This document shows positions 29,644 to 38,164 of a stretch of 64,000 nt of DNA, one piece after another. The position numbers and the translations under genes were made by a program. Numbering within the stretch: the first letter of the stretch is position 1; the number at the start of each line of letters is the position of its first letter. The DNA is from an uncultured Rhizobiaceae bacterium (GTDB lineage Bacteria; Pseudomonadota; Alphaproteobacteria; Rhizobiales; Rhizobiaceae). Where the stretch lies: positions 1,045 through 65,044 of the forward strand of contig CAXTCF010000004.1 of assembly GCA_964242945.1 (NCBI GenBank), read 5' to 3'. Below the pieces are notes generated by a model. It had not been told where the DNA came from. It made no database searches and saw only the letters and a program-made list of their open reading frames with translations.

Positions 29644-32397
29644 ATGCCGGGGGAACACCCGTCGGGCGCTGGGCAGCTTGTGCTCAGCGGACGCTTGGAC
29701 TTTGTAAGAGACCATTTCATAACTCGGAGGTGGAGGACCGACGAGGGATTTTTGGACCTTCGCAAGGCGCCGAGCGCAGTCGATGCCGGCAGCATCGGCG
29801 AGCATCGGCAACGCAGCGAGGGCCGAAAAGAGCCGTTGGGCCGACCCGGCCGAGTTATGAAATGGGCTCTAAGTTTTCAGGGAAAGCTGGGGGACGGTCT
29901 GCACACGGTGCGGCGGGGCGCGCGGGGCCGGCTGGCGCGGTTCGCTAGCGTTCTCGGCGGCGTTACGATGCTGACGCCGGTCGCAAGCGCGCAGGAGCCT
30001 GGGGGCGCCAGCATCGTCGGGCTCCGCGCACCGGAGATGATCCAGATCGCCATCTTCGCCGGCGCCATGGGGGCGGCGCTTATCTTCGCGCTGTGGATGA
30101 TCCGCGAGCGCGGCCAGATCGCGCGGGAAAACGCCGACCTGCGCGACCGCGTGGCCGACCTGAACGCTGCGCTGTCGCGCAGCGACGCCCTGCTCAACCT
30201 GCGCGACCAGCGCGTGATCGTCTGGAGCAGCGGCAACCAGAAGCCTGAACTGGTGGGTTCGCTCCCGGTGGAAAGCGGCGCGCCGGAGGACCGTGCGGCC
30301 TTCCTGGCGCCCGGCCGCTGGCTCAAGCCCCGCTCCGCGGCGCTCCTCGACAATGCCGTGGCGGCACTGCGCGAGGACGCGCAGAGTTTCGACCTCATCG
30401 CGGAAAGCCAGAACAACACGCTGTTCGAGGTGCAGGGCCGCCGCAACGCCGCGCACGCGCTGGTCCGCTTTACGGCACTCGGCGAGGTGCAGCGGAACGA
30501 GGCGCGGCTGCGTTTGGAAAACGGTCGCATCCTTTCGGACCTGAACTGCGTGCTCGACATGCTCAACGCGCTCGACATGCCGGCCTGGCTGCGCGACGAA
30601 AACGGGGGTCTGCGCTGGGTCAACAAGGCTTTTGCGCGCGCGGTTGAGGCGCCGAGCCCCCAGGTGACGGTGGAAGGGGGCAGGGAGTTCCTGAGCACCG
30701 CCACGCGCGAGGCGATCGCCCGCGAGCACGCGGGCCGGCCGGTTTTCGCGCAGAAGGTCTCCACCGTGGTGGAAGGCGACCGCCGCCAGTTCACCGTCAC
30801 CGACGTGGTCGGGTCGCGCGGCTCGGCCGGCATCGCCGCCGACGAAAGCGCCACCGAAGCCATCCGCGAGCAGTACGAGAAGGCGGTACGCTCCCACGCC
30901 GATACGCTCGACCAGCTGGCCACTGCCGTCGCGATCTTCGACAAGGACACCAAGCTTCGCTTCTTCAACCAGGCTTTCGTCAAGCTCTGGGACCTCGACC
31001 TTCCCTTCCTGCACAGCGCGCCCGACAACGCCCTCCTGCTCGACCGGCTGCGCGCGCAAGGCAAGATCGCGGAACAGCCGGAATGGCGGCGCTGGAAGGA
31101 GAACCTGCTGGAAGCCTACCGCGCGGTGGAAAGCCAGGAACAATGGTGGCACCTGCCGGACGGGCGCACGCTGCGGGTGATCGCCAACCCGCAGCCGGCA
31201 GGCGGCGTCACCTGGGTGTTCGAGAACGTCACGGAGCAGATGGACCTGGAAAGCCGCTACCAGACGGCGGTGCGCGTGCAGACGGAAACGCTGGACGGCC
31301 TCAACGAAGGCGTCGCCGTGTTCGGCCCGGACGGGCGCGCAAAGCTGTTCAACCCGGCCTTCGGCGCGATGTGGAGCTTAAGCCCCGGCGCGCTTGCGGC
31401 GGGCACCCACATCGCCACCCTGAAGAGCCACAGCGACCGCCTCGTGGCAGGCGGCGCGGAGAAGAGCCCCTGGGCCGGCTTTGTCGCCTCCGTGACCGGC
31501 TTCGACGAGGCCCGGCGCGACCGCAGCGGTGAATGCGAACTCTCCAACGGCACGATCCTGCGCTACGCCGTGATCCATCTGCCCAACGGGCAGGTGATGA
31601 TGACCTTCGTGGACGTCACCGACACCGTGCGGGTGAAGCGGGCGCTGACCGAAAAGAACGAGGCGCTGGAGCGCGCCGACCGGCTCAAGAACGACTTCGT
31701 GCAGCACGTCTCCTATGAACTGCGCTCGCCGCTGACCAACATCATCGGCTTCACCGAGTTGCTGACCCTGCCGGGCGCGGAACCGCTTGGCCCCCAGCAG
31801 CGCGAATATGTCGGGCATATCGGCTCGTCGTCGGCCGTGCTGCTCACCATCATCAACGACATCCTCGACCTCGCCACGATCGACGCGGGCATCATGGAGC
31901 TGGATATCGCGCCCGTCTCGGTGGACGCCACGATCGGGGCCGCGGCCGAGCTTCTGACTGAGCGCCTGGCCGAGAACGGCATCACGCTGAAGGTGGACGC
32001 AGAGGCCGCGCCGCAAAGTTTCGCGGGCGACGAGACGCGGGTGCGCCAGATCCTCTACAACCTTTTGTCCAACGCCGTGAACTACGCGCCGGAAGCCTCG
32101 ACCGTGACGCTTTCCTGCCGCGCCCTGCCGCACGGCGTGGAGTTCGCCGTCCACGACGACGGGCCGGGCATGGCGCCCGATGTGCTGGACACGGTGTTCC
32201 GCCGCTTCGAGCCGCGCTCCAACGGCGGGCGCCGCCGCGGGGCGGGCTTAGGCCTTTCCGTGGTGAAGAGTTTCGTCGAACTGCACGGCGGCACCGTGCG
32301 CATCGAGACCGGCGAGGCCAAGGGCACCACGGTGACCTGTTTTTTCCCTGGGCCGGCCACGCCCTGGCCGGCCAGTTCGCGCGACTTCGCGGGATGA
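29644..32397 (+). CDS. PAS-domain sensor histidine kinase (DivL/BdfA-like), apparently carrying a 55-aa MITE-derived insertion
   Basis: PAS-like repeats, HVSYELRSPLTNIIG, GAGLGLS; conserved position before tsaE. GAGGG lies 9 nt before ATG 29644. The true start may be further downstream. Confidence 0.85.
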   Translation: MPGEHPSGAGQLVLSGRLDFVRDHFITRRWRTDEGFLDLRKAPSAVDAGSIGEHRQRSEGRKEPLGRPGRVMKWALSFQGKLGDGLHTVRRGARGRLARFASVLGGVTMLTPVASAQEPGGASIVGLRAPEMIQIAIFAGAMGAALIFALWMIRERGQIARENADLRDRVADLNAALSRSDALLNLRDQRVIVWSSGNQKPELVGSLPVESGAPEDRAAFLAPGRWLKPRSAALLDNAVAALREDAQSFDLIAESQNNTLFEVQGRRNAAHALVRFTALGEVQRNEARLRLENGRILSDLNCVLDMLNALDMPAWLRDENGGLRWVNKAFARAVEAPSPQVTVEGGREFLSTATREAIAREHAGRPVFAQKVSTVVEGDRRQFTVTDVVGSRGSAGIAADESATEAIREQYEKAVRSHADTLDQLATAVAIFDKDTKLRFFNQAFVKLWDLDLPFLHSAPDNALLLDRLRAQGKIAEQPEWRRWKENLLEAYRAVESQEQWWHLPDGRTLRVIANPQPAGGVTWVFENVTEQMDLESRYQTAVRVQTETLDGLNEGVAVFGPDGRAKLFNPAFGAMWSLSPGALAAGTHIATLKSHSDRLVAGGAEKSPWAGFVASVTGFDEARRDRSGECELSNGTILRYAVIHLPNGQVMMTFVDVTDTVRVKRALTEKNEALERADRLKNDFVQHVSYELRSPLTNIIGFTELLTLPGAEPLGPQQREYVGHIGSSSAVLLTIINDILDLATIDAGIMELDIAPVSVDATIGAAAELLTERLAENGITLKVDAEAAPQSFAGDETRVRQILYNLLSNAVNYAPEASTVTLSCRALPHGVEFAVHDDGPGMAPDVLDTVFRRFEPRSNGGRRRGAGLGLSVVKSFVELHGGTVRIETGEAKGTTVTCFFPGPATPWPASSRDFAG
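29708..29869. mobile_element. 162-bp MITE with 20-bp terminal inverted repeats and TAA target-site duplication
   Basis: GAGACCATTTCATAACTCGG (29708-29727) and CCGAGTTATGAAATGGGCTC (29850-29869) match 19/20; TAA at 29705-29707 and 29870-29872. Confidence 0.88.
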
Positions 32398-33926
32398 GTG
32401 CTGCCGGCGCTGCATTGCAGGCGGATGCGCTGAGCGTTGTCCTGCCGGACGAGGCGGCGACGCGGCAACTCGGCGAAGACCTTGCCGCCGTGCTCCGGCC
32501 GGGCGATGTTCTGGCGCTCCAGGGCGATCTCGGCGCGGGGAAATCGACCTTGGCCCGCGCTTTGATCCGCGCGCTGGCGGACGACGCGGGCCTGGAAGTG
32601 CCGAGCCCGACTTTCACGCTCGTCCAGACTTACGACACATCCCCGGCGGTCTCCCACTTCGACCTCTACCGCTTGGGCGGCGCGGACGAATTGGAGGAAC
32701 TCGGCTTTGCAGACGCGGCCGCGAGCGGAGCAGTCCTGGTGGAATGGCCGGAAAAGGCTGGAGACAGGCTGCCGCCAAACGCGCTGACGCTCTTTCTCCA
32801 AACCGAAGGCGAGGGGCGGGCCGTCCGAATCGCGGGCGAAGGCAGCATTTTCGATCGGATACGCCGCTCGATTGCCGCCCGAAACTTTCTGCGCAACGCC
32901 GGCTGGGGCGAGGCCGCCCGCCGCAAGCTGACGGGCGACGCTTCGGCGCGCGCCTACGAGACCGTATCGCTGGCCGGCGAGGCTCCGCGCCTGCTGATGA
33001 ACGCCCCGCCGCTGGTGCTCGGTCCGGTCGTCAAGAACGGCAAGGCCTATGCCGAGATCGCCCGCTCCGCCCGCTCCGTTCACGCCATCGTCGCGGTGGA
33101 CGAGGCGCTTGCCGCAGCGGGCTTCGCGGTGCCGGAAATCTTCTCCGCCGATGTCGAGAACGGCTTCCTGCTGGTCGAGGATCTCGGCCGCGAAGGCATC
33201 CTCGACGCCGCGGGCAAGCCGGTTGCGGAACGCTACACGGCCTCGGCGGAACTGCTGGCCGCGCTGCACCAGCATGCCTGGACGCCTGAGATCGGCACGA
33301 GGCAAGGCTTCAACCACACGATTCCGCCCTTCGACCGCGAAGCGCTGCTGATCGAGGTGGAACTGCTGCTCGAATGGTTTTTTCCCTTCGCCAATGGCGG
33401 AGCCAGACCGGACGCCGCCCTGCAAGCCGAGTTCGCGGCGCTCTGGAGCGGCCTGATCGACAGGCTGGAAAGAGCCGGGCAAAGCTTGGTGCTGCGCGAC
33501 TTCCACTCGCCCAACATCATCTGGCGGGAAGACCGGAAAGGCCTTGGCCGGCTTGGCCTGATCGACTTCCAGGACGCGCTGATCGGCCCTGCCGCCTATG
33601 ATGTGGCGTCCCTGGCGATGGATGCCCGTGTGACGATCCCGCCTGAATTGGAAGAGCGCATCGCCGCCGCCTACGAGGCTGCCCGTGCTGGGGAGGCAGG
33701 CTTCGAGGCTGAGAAATTCCGCGAGGCCTATGCGATCTGCGCCGCGCAGCGGAACTCCAAGATCCTTGGCATCTTCGTGCGGCTCAAGGAGCGCGACGGC
33801 AAGGACGGCTACATCCGCCACCTGCCCCGCATCCAGGACTATCTCTCCCGCGCCCTGGCGCACCCCGCCCTGGCAGACCTGCGCGCTTTCTACCGCAAGC
33901 ACGGCTTTCTCGGAACACGGGCATGA
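32394..33926 (+). CDS. tsaE: TsaE fused to an APH-like (AmgK-type) phosphotransferase
   Basis: GDLGAGKST, VPSPTFTLVQ, HFDLYRL; then GDASARAY, RDFHSPN, IDFQDAL. Confidence 0.93.
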   Translation: MSAAGAALQADALSVVLPDEAATRQLGEDLAAVLRPGDVLALQGDLGAGKSTLARALIRALADDAGLEVPSPTFTLVQTYDTSPAVSHFDLYRLGGADELEELGFADAAASGAVLVEWPEKAGDRLPPNALTLFLQTEGEGRAVRIAGEGSIFDRIRRSIAARNFLRNAGWGEAARRKLTGDASARAYETVSLAGEAPRLLMNAPPLVLGPVVKNGKAYAEIARSARSVHAIVAVDEALAAAGFAVPEIFSADVENGFLLVEDLGREGILDAAGKPVAERYTASAELLAALHQHAWTPEIGTRQGFNHTIPPFDREALLIEVELLLEWFFPFANGGARPDAALQAEFAALWSGLIDRLERAGQSLVLRDFHSPNIIWREDRKGLGRLGLIDFQDALIGPAAYDVASLAMDARVTIPPELEERIAAAYEAARAGEAGFEAEKFREAYAICAAQRNSKILGIFVRLKERDGKDGYIRHLPRIQDYLSRALAHPALADLRAFYRKHGFLGTRA

Positions 33927-34684
33927 ATCGGCAGCACCGAATCACCACGGCGATGGTGCTCGCCGCCGGCCTCGGTACGCGCATGCGGCCGATCACGGAC
34001 ACGATCCCGAAGCCGCTGGTGGAAGTCGGCGGCAAAACGCTCCTCGACCGGGGCCTGGATGCTCTCGGCGAAGCCGGGATCGAAACGGCGGTCGTGAACA
34101 TCCACCATCTCGGCGAGAAGCTGCGGGCACATCTTGCCGCTCGGACAAGCAAGCCGCACACCGCCATCTCCGACGAAACGGCGCACCTGCTGGATTCGGC
34201 GGGCGGCATCGTGCAGGCGCTGTCCTTGCTTGGGGACAAGCCCTTCGTGCTCCTCAATGCCGACACATTCTGGATCGACCGGCGCGAAAACAACCTGCTG
34301 AAACTGTTCGAGGCCTGGGAGGGGGAAGCCATGGACATCCTGCTCCTGCTTGCCGACTCAGGCCATGCCACGGGCCACACCGGCAAGACCGATTTCCTTC
34401 TGGGCGCAGACAACAGGCTCGCCCGCGCAAGGCAAGCTCCGGACGGGCTGATCTATGCGGGAGCCGCGATCCTTCACCCCCGCATCTTCGCGGACGCGAA
34501 GCCGGAGCCGCATTCACTCAACCTTTATTTCGACCGTGCGATCGGGGAAGGTAGGCTCTTCGGCACGGTGCTGGACGGGCACTGGATCACGGTCGGCACG
34601 CCGGATGCCATCGCGCCCGCGGAGGCCGTGGTCGCGCAGGCCCGGAAGGGGCAGGAGAGCGGCCAAGGGGGCGGAGAGCGTTGA
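33923..34684 (+). CDS. MurU-like nucleotidyltransferase
   Basis: LAAGLGTRMRPIT..PKPL; follows the AmgK-like domain. Confidence 0.88.
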   Translation: MNRQHRITTAMVLAAGLGTRMRPITDTIPKPLVEVGGKTLLDRGLDALGEAGIETAVVNIHHLGEKLRAHLAARTSKPHTAISDETAHLLDSAGGIVQALSLLGDKPFVLLNADTFWIDRRENNLLKLFEAWEGEAMDILLLLADSGHATGHTGKTDFLLGADNRLARARQAPDGLIYAGAAILHPRIFADAKPEPHSLNLYFDRAIGEGRLFGTVLDGHWITVGTPDAIAPAEAVVAQARKGQESGQGGGER

Positions 34685-37600
34685 AGGCGAGGGGAGCAGC
34701 GCTTGGCAACGGGTGCGAGCCGCGCGTCTGGACGGTGCCGCCCGGCGTGCCCTTCCTGCCGGCGCTGGCCGATGCGCTGATCGAAGGCCGCCTCGTGCCG
34801 GGCTTCTCCGCCGGCGAAGGCGACCCGCTGGCGCTCGCCCGCGCGACGATCTTCCTGCCGACCCGCCGTGCCGCGCGCGAGCTTCGCGCTCTCTTCGCCA
34901 ACCGGGCCGCCGGCCGCTCCGCGGTTCTGCCGACCGTGCGCGCGCTGGGCGAGTTCGAGGAAGGCGAAACGGACTGGCAGTTCGGCGGCGCCACGGCCGA
35001 ATCGCTCGACCTCCTGCCGCCCATGCCCGCTTTTGCCCGCCTGCTCTTGCTGGCCCCCATGGTGCAGCAGTGGAAGCGTTTTTTGCCCGACCACATCCGC
35101 CAAAAATTCCAGGAGGAGGTCGAGGTGCCCGTATCCTCCGCCGATGCCGTATGGCTGGCGCGCGACCTCGCCCGGCTGATGGACGAGATGGAAGGCGAGG
35201 AAACCGGCTGGGACAAGCTTGCCGGCATCGTCGGCGACGACCTATCGGGCTGGTGGAAGGTCACGCTCGATTTCCTGGCGATCGTCTCGGAAGCCTGGCC
35301 GGCGGTGCTGGCCGAAAAAGGCTTCTCCAACCCGGCCGCCCACCGCAACGCGCTGATCCGGCTGGAAGCCGAGCGCCTGGCTGCAAACCCGCCCGCAGGC
35401 CCGGTGATCGCGGCAGGCTCCACCGGCTCCAACCCCGCCGCGGCGGCCCTGCTCGGCGTCATCGCCCGCTTGGCCGGCGGCGCCGTGGTCCTGCCCGGCC
35501 TGGATCGTGAACTGGACGCCCGCTCCTGGAAGATTCTTAACGACGAGATGCCGGAACCGGCAGTCCTCGGTCATCCGCAGTTCGGCCTCGCAAAAATCCT
35601 CGGCCGCATGCGTATTTCCAGGGGATCCGTCGATAGTCTCGTCGCGGGCGATCCCGTCATGGCCGTGCGGGCGCGAGCCGTTGCCGAGGCGCTACGCCCG
35701 GCCGGCACGACCGACCTCTGGGCCGAAAAGCGCCGGGGCTTCCGCGAGGATGCACTGGCGGAAGCTTTCGCCGCCGTGACGCTGCTGGATGCGGCCACCG
35801 AGCGCGACGAGGCGCTGGCCATCGCCATCGCGCTCAGGCTGGCCGTCGAGGAAGATGGAAAAACGGCAGCGCTCGTCACCGGCGACCGCGACCTTGCCCG
35901 CCGCGTTTCGGCCGAGCTTGGCCGCTTCGGCATCCGCGCCGACGATTCCGGCGGCACGCCGCTTTCCCGCACCCCGCCCGGCCAGCTGCTCGCTGCCGCA
36001 TTGCAGACGGCGCTTGCCCCCGGTGACCCGATCGCCATCCTGTCGCTGCTGAAGCACCCGCTGCTGCTGCTCGGCCTCGACCGCGCAACCGTGCGCCGCG
36101 CGGCGGAGGCGATCGAGCTGGTCGCCTTCCGCGGCGGGGCGGGGCGGCCCGACATCGCCGACCTCGAAAAGCATTTCGAGCGGCGGCTGGCCGAACTCTC
36201 AGGCGAAACCCGCAAGGCGTTCTGGCTGCGCCGCCTTTCCGCCGCCCGCATCGAAAGCGCGCGCGACGTGCTGGCGCGGCTGACGCAGGCGCTCGGCGTC
36301 CTCACCGGCCTGCGCGCGCTCTCGCTGGTGGAGTTTCCCGACGCCGTGCGCGCGACAGTGCTGGCCCTGGAAGACCTCGGCCGCGACGCGGATGGCAGTG
36401 TCGATGCGCTCTACGGCTCCGATGCCGGCCGCGCCTTTGCCGCCTTCCTTCGCGAGTTGGTCGATGCCGACGGCCTGTTCGCCACCGAGCCGGCCGAATG
36501 GCCCCACATGGTGGAGGCGCTGATCGCCGAAAGCGTGGTGCGCCCCGCGCCGGCTTCCACCGAGCGGCGCGTCGCCATCTGGGGCCTTCTGGAAGCGCGG
36601 CTGCAAAGCGTCGATACGCTGGTGGTCGGCGGCCTCAACGAGGGCACCTGGCCGGCCAAGGCGCAGGCCGACCGCTTCCTGTCGCGCCTGATGAAGAGCG
36701 GCATCGACCTGGAGCCGCCCGAACGGCGCATCGGCTTGGCCGCGCACGACTTCCAGATGGCGATGGGCGCGCAAAACCTCGTCCTGGCGCGCTCGGCGCG
36801 GGCCGGAGATTCCCCAGCCGTGCCGTCGCGCTGGCTCCAGCGGCTTCTGACTTTTCTGGGCGAAACCCAGGCTGCCGCGATGCGCGCGCGGGGCGGCGAC
36901 CTGCTCGCCTGGGCGCGTTTCCTGGACGAAGGTGAGCGCGTGCCCTTCGAAAAGCGCCCGGAGCCGAAGCCGCCCCTGGAGGCGCGACCTAAAAAATTCT
37001 CCGTCACCGAGATCGAAACGCTGCGCCGCGACCCCTACGCGATCTATGCCAAGAAGGTCTTGCGGCTGGAGCCGGTCGATCCGCTGATCCGCGAGCCCGG
37101 CCCGGCCGAGCGCGGCCTGCTGTTCCACACGGTCATGCAGCGCTTCTCCGCCGCCGGCATCGATCTCGATGGAGCGGACGCGGTGGCGAGCCTGCTTGCC
37201 ATCGGCCGGCAGGTCTTTGCCGAGGCTGCGCTGCCGGCCGACGTGGAAGCTGTATGGTGGCCGCGCTTCGAGCACATGGCCGAAGAGATTGTTTTGTGGG
37301 AGCGCGAGCGCGCGGTCCACGTCGCGGAGCGCTACCCCGAAGCGGTAGCGCAGCCGATCGAAGTCGGCCGCAGCGGCGTGACTTTAAGCGGACGCGCCGA
37401 CCGCATCGACCTGCTGGCCGGCGGCATGGCCGACATCCTGGACTTCAAGACCGGCACCTCGCCGTCCAAGAAACAGGCGCACACGCTGCTTTCGCCGCAG
37501 CTCGCGCTGGAAGCCGCCCTGCTCAAGCGCGGCGCCTTCGGCGAGGTAGGATCGCGCGACCCCGCCGACCTGCTTTTCGTGCGGCTCAAAGCCGACGGCT

Positions 37601-37842
37601 CGGTGGAACCGGAATCGATCCTGGAGCACAACCGCCAGATACGCGCCGCGCACGAACTGGCGGAAGACGCCTGGGAGCGGCTGGAAGCGCTTTTCCTGCA
37701 CTATGCCGACCCCCACACCGGCTACAAGTCGCGCGCGCTGCCCTTCAAGGAAGGGGATACATCCGGAACCTACGATCACCTGGCGCGCGTGCTGGAATGG
37801 TCCGCCGGCGGCGAGGCCGGGCTGGACGGGGAGGAGGGGTGA
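34681..37842 (+). CDS. addB: Double-strand break repair nuclease AddB
   Basis: IFLPTRRA, AGSTGS, SVTEIETLRRDPY, ADRID..DFKTG. Confidence 0.96.
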   Translation: MKARGAALGNGCEPRVWTVPPGVPFLPALADALIEGRLVPGFSAGEGDPLALARATIFLPTRRAARELRALFANRAAGRSAVLPTVRALGEFEEGETDWQFGGATAESLDLLPPMPAFARLLLLAPMVQQWKRFLPDHIRQKFQEEVEVPVSSADAVWLARDLARLMDEMEGEETGWDKLAGIVGDDLSGWWKVTLDFLAIVSEAWPAVLAEKGFSNPAAHRNALIRLEAERLAANPPAGPVIAAGSTGSNPAAAALLGVIARLAGGAVVLPGLDRELDARSWKILNDEMPEPAVLGHPQFGLAKILGRMRISRGSVDSLVAGDPVMAVRARAVAEALRPAGTTDLWAEKRRGFREDALAEAFAAVTLLDAATERDEALAIAIALRLAVEEDGKTAALVTGDRDLARRVSAELGRFGIRADDSGGTPLSRTPPGQLLAAALQTALAPGDPIAILSLLKHPLLLLGLDRATVRRAAEAIELVAFRGGAGRPDIADLEKHFERRLAELSGETRKAFWLRRLSAARIESARDVLARLTQALGVLTGLRALSLVEFPDAVRATVLALEDLGRDADGSVDALYGSDAGRAFAAFLRELVDADGLFATEPAEWPHMVEALIAESVVRPAPASTERRVAIWGLLEARLQSVDTLVVGGLNEGTWPAKAQADRFLSRLMKSGIDLEPPERRIGLAAHDFQMAMGAQNLVLARSARAGDSPAVPSRWLQRLLTFLGETQAAAMRARGGDLLAWARFLDEGERVPFEKRPEPKPPLEARPKKFSVTEIETLRRDPYAIYAKKVLRLEPVDPLIREPGPAERGLLFHTVMQRFSAAGIDLDGADAVASLLAIGRQVFAEAALPADVEAVWWPRFEHMAEEIVLWERERAVHVAERYPEAVAQPIEVGRSGVTLSGRADRIDLLAGGMADILDFKTGTSPSKKQAHTLLSPQLALEAALLKRGAFGEVGSRDPADLLFVRLKADGSVEPESILEHNRQIRAAHELAEDAWERLEALFLHYADPHTGYKSRALPFKEGDTSGTYDHLARVLEWSAGGEAGLDGEEG

Positions 37843-37871
37843 TGCAGGGCTTCCTCTTCCCTTTCCCCCTA

Positions 37872-38123
37872 GCTGGAACACCCCTCACTGTCCTGCCGGA
37901 CCCCGGCCCTCCGCATGGCTCCGGGCGTTCATCGCTCACAGAGCCATCTCAATGGCTCTGTGTCTGCCTGCGGCAGACCGCTCTTCACCCCACAAGGGGA
38001 GAGAGGGGCAGCTTCAACTTTGCCGCTCCTCTGAAGCATCAACGACTGGCGAAAGCGGAGATGAAGGTCCCGCTCTCCCCTTGTGGAAGAGATGTCCGGC
38101 AGGACAGTGAGGGGTGTTCCAGC
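37872..38123. mobile_element. Composite palindromic element, family A, copy 3, with a nested insert
   Basis: 30-bp perfect inverted repeats (37872-37901 and 38094-38123). The spacer shares GGGGCAGCTTCA and TGGCGAAAGCG with copy 2. About 85 extra bp sit inside the left arm. Confidence 0.88.
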
Positions 38124-38164
38124 CGGACGCATGGGCTTGAAATCCAAAGTCCTGGGACTTTCCT

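Noticed and set aside
8861-38123. CRISPR array interpretation of the recurring 30-45 bp repeats
   Set aside because: Copies are dispersed and inverted, not tandem with unique spacers; no cas genes.
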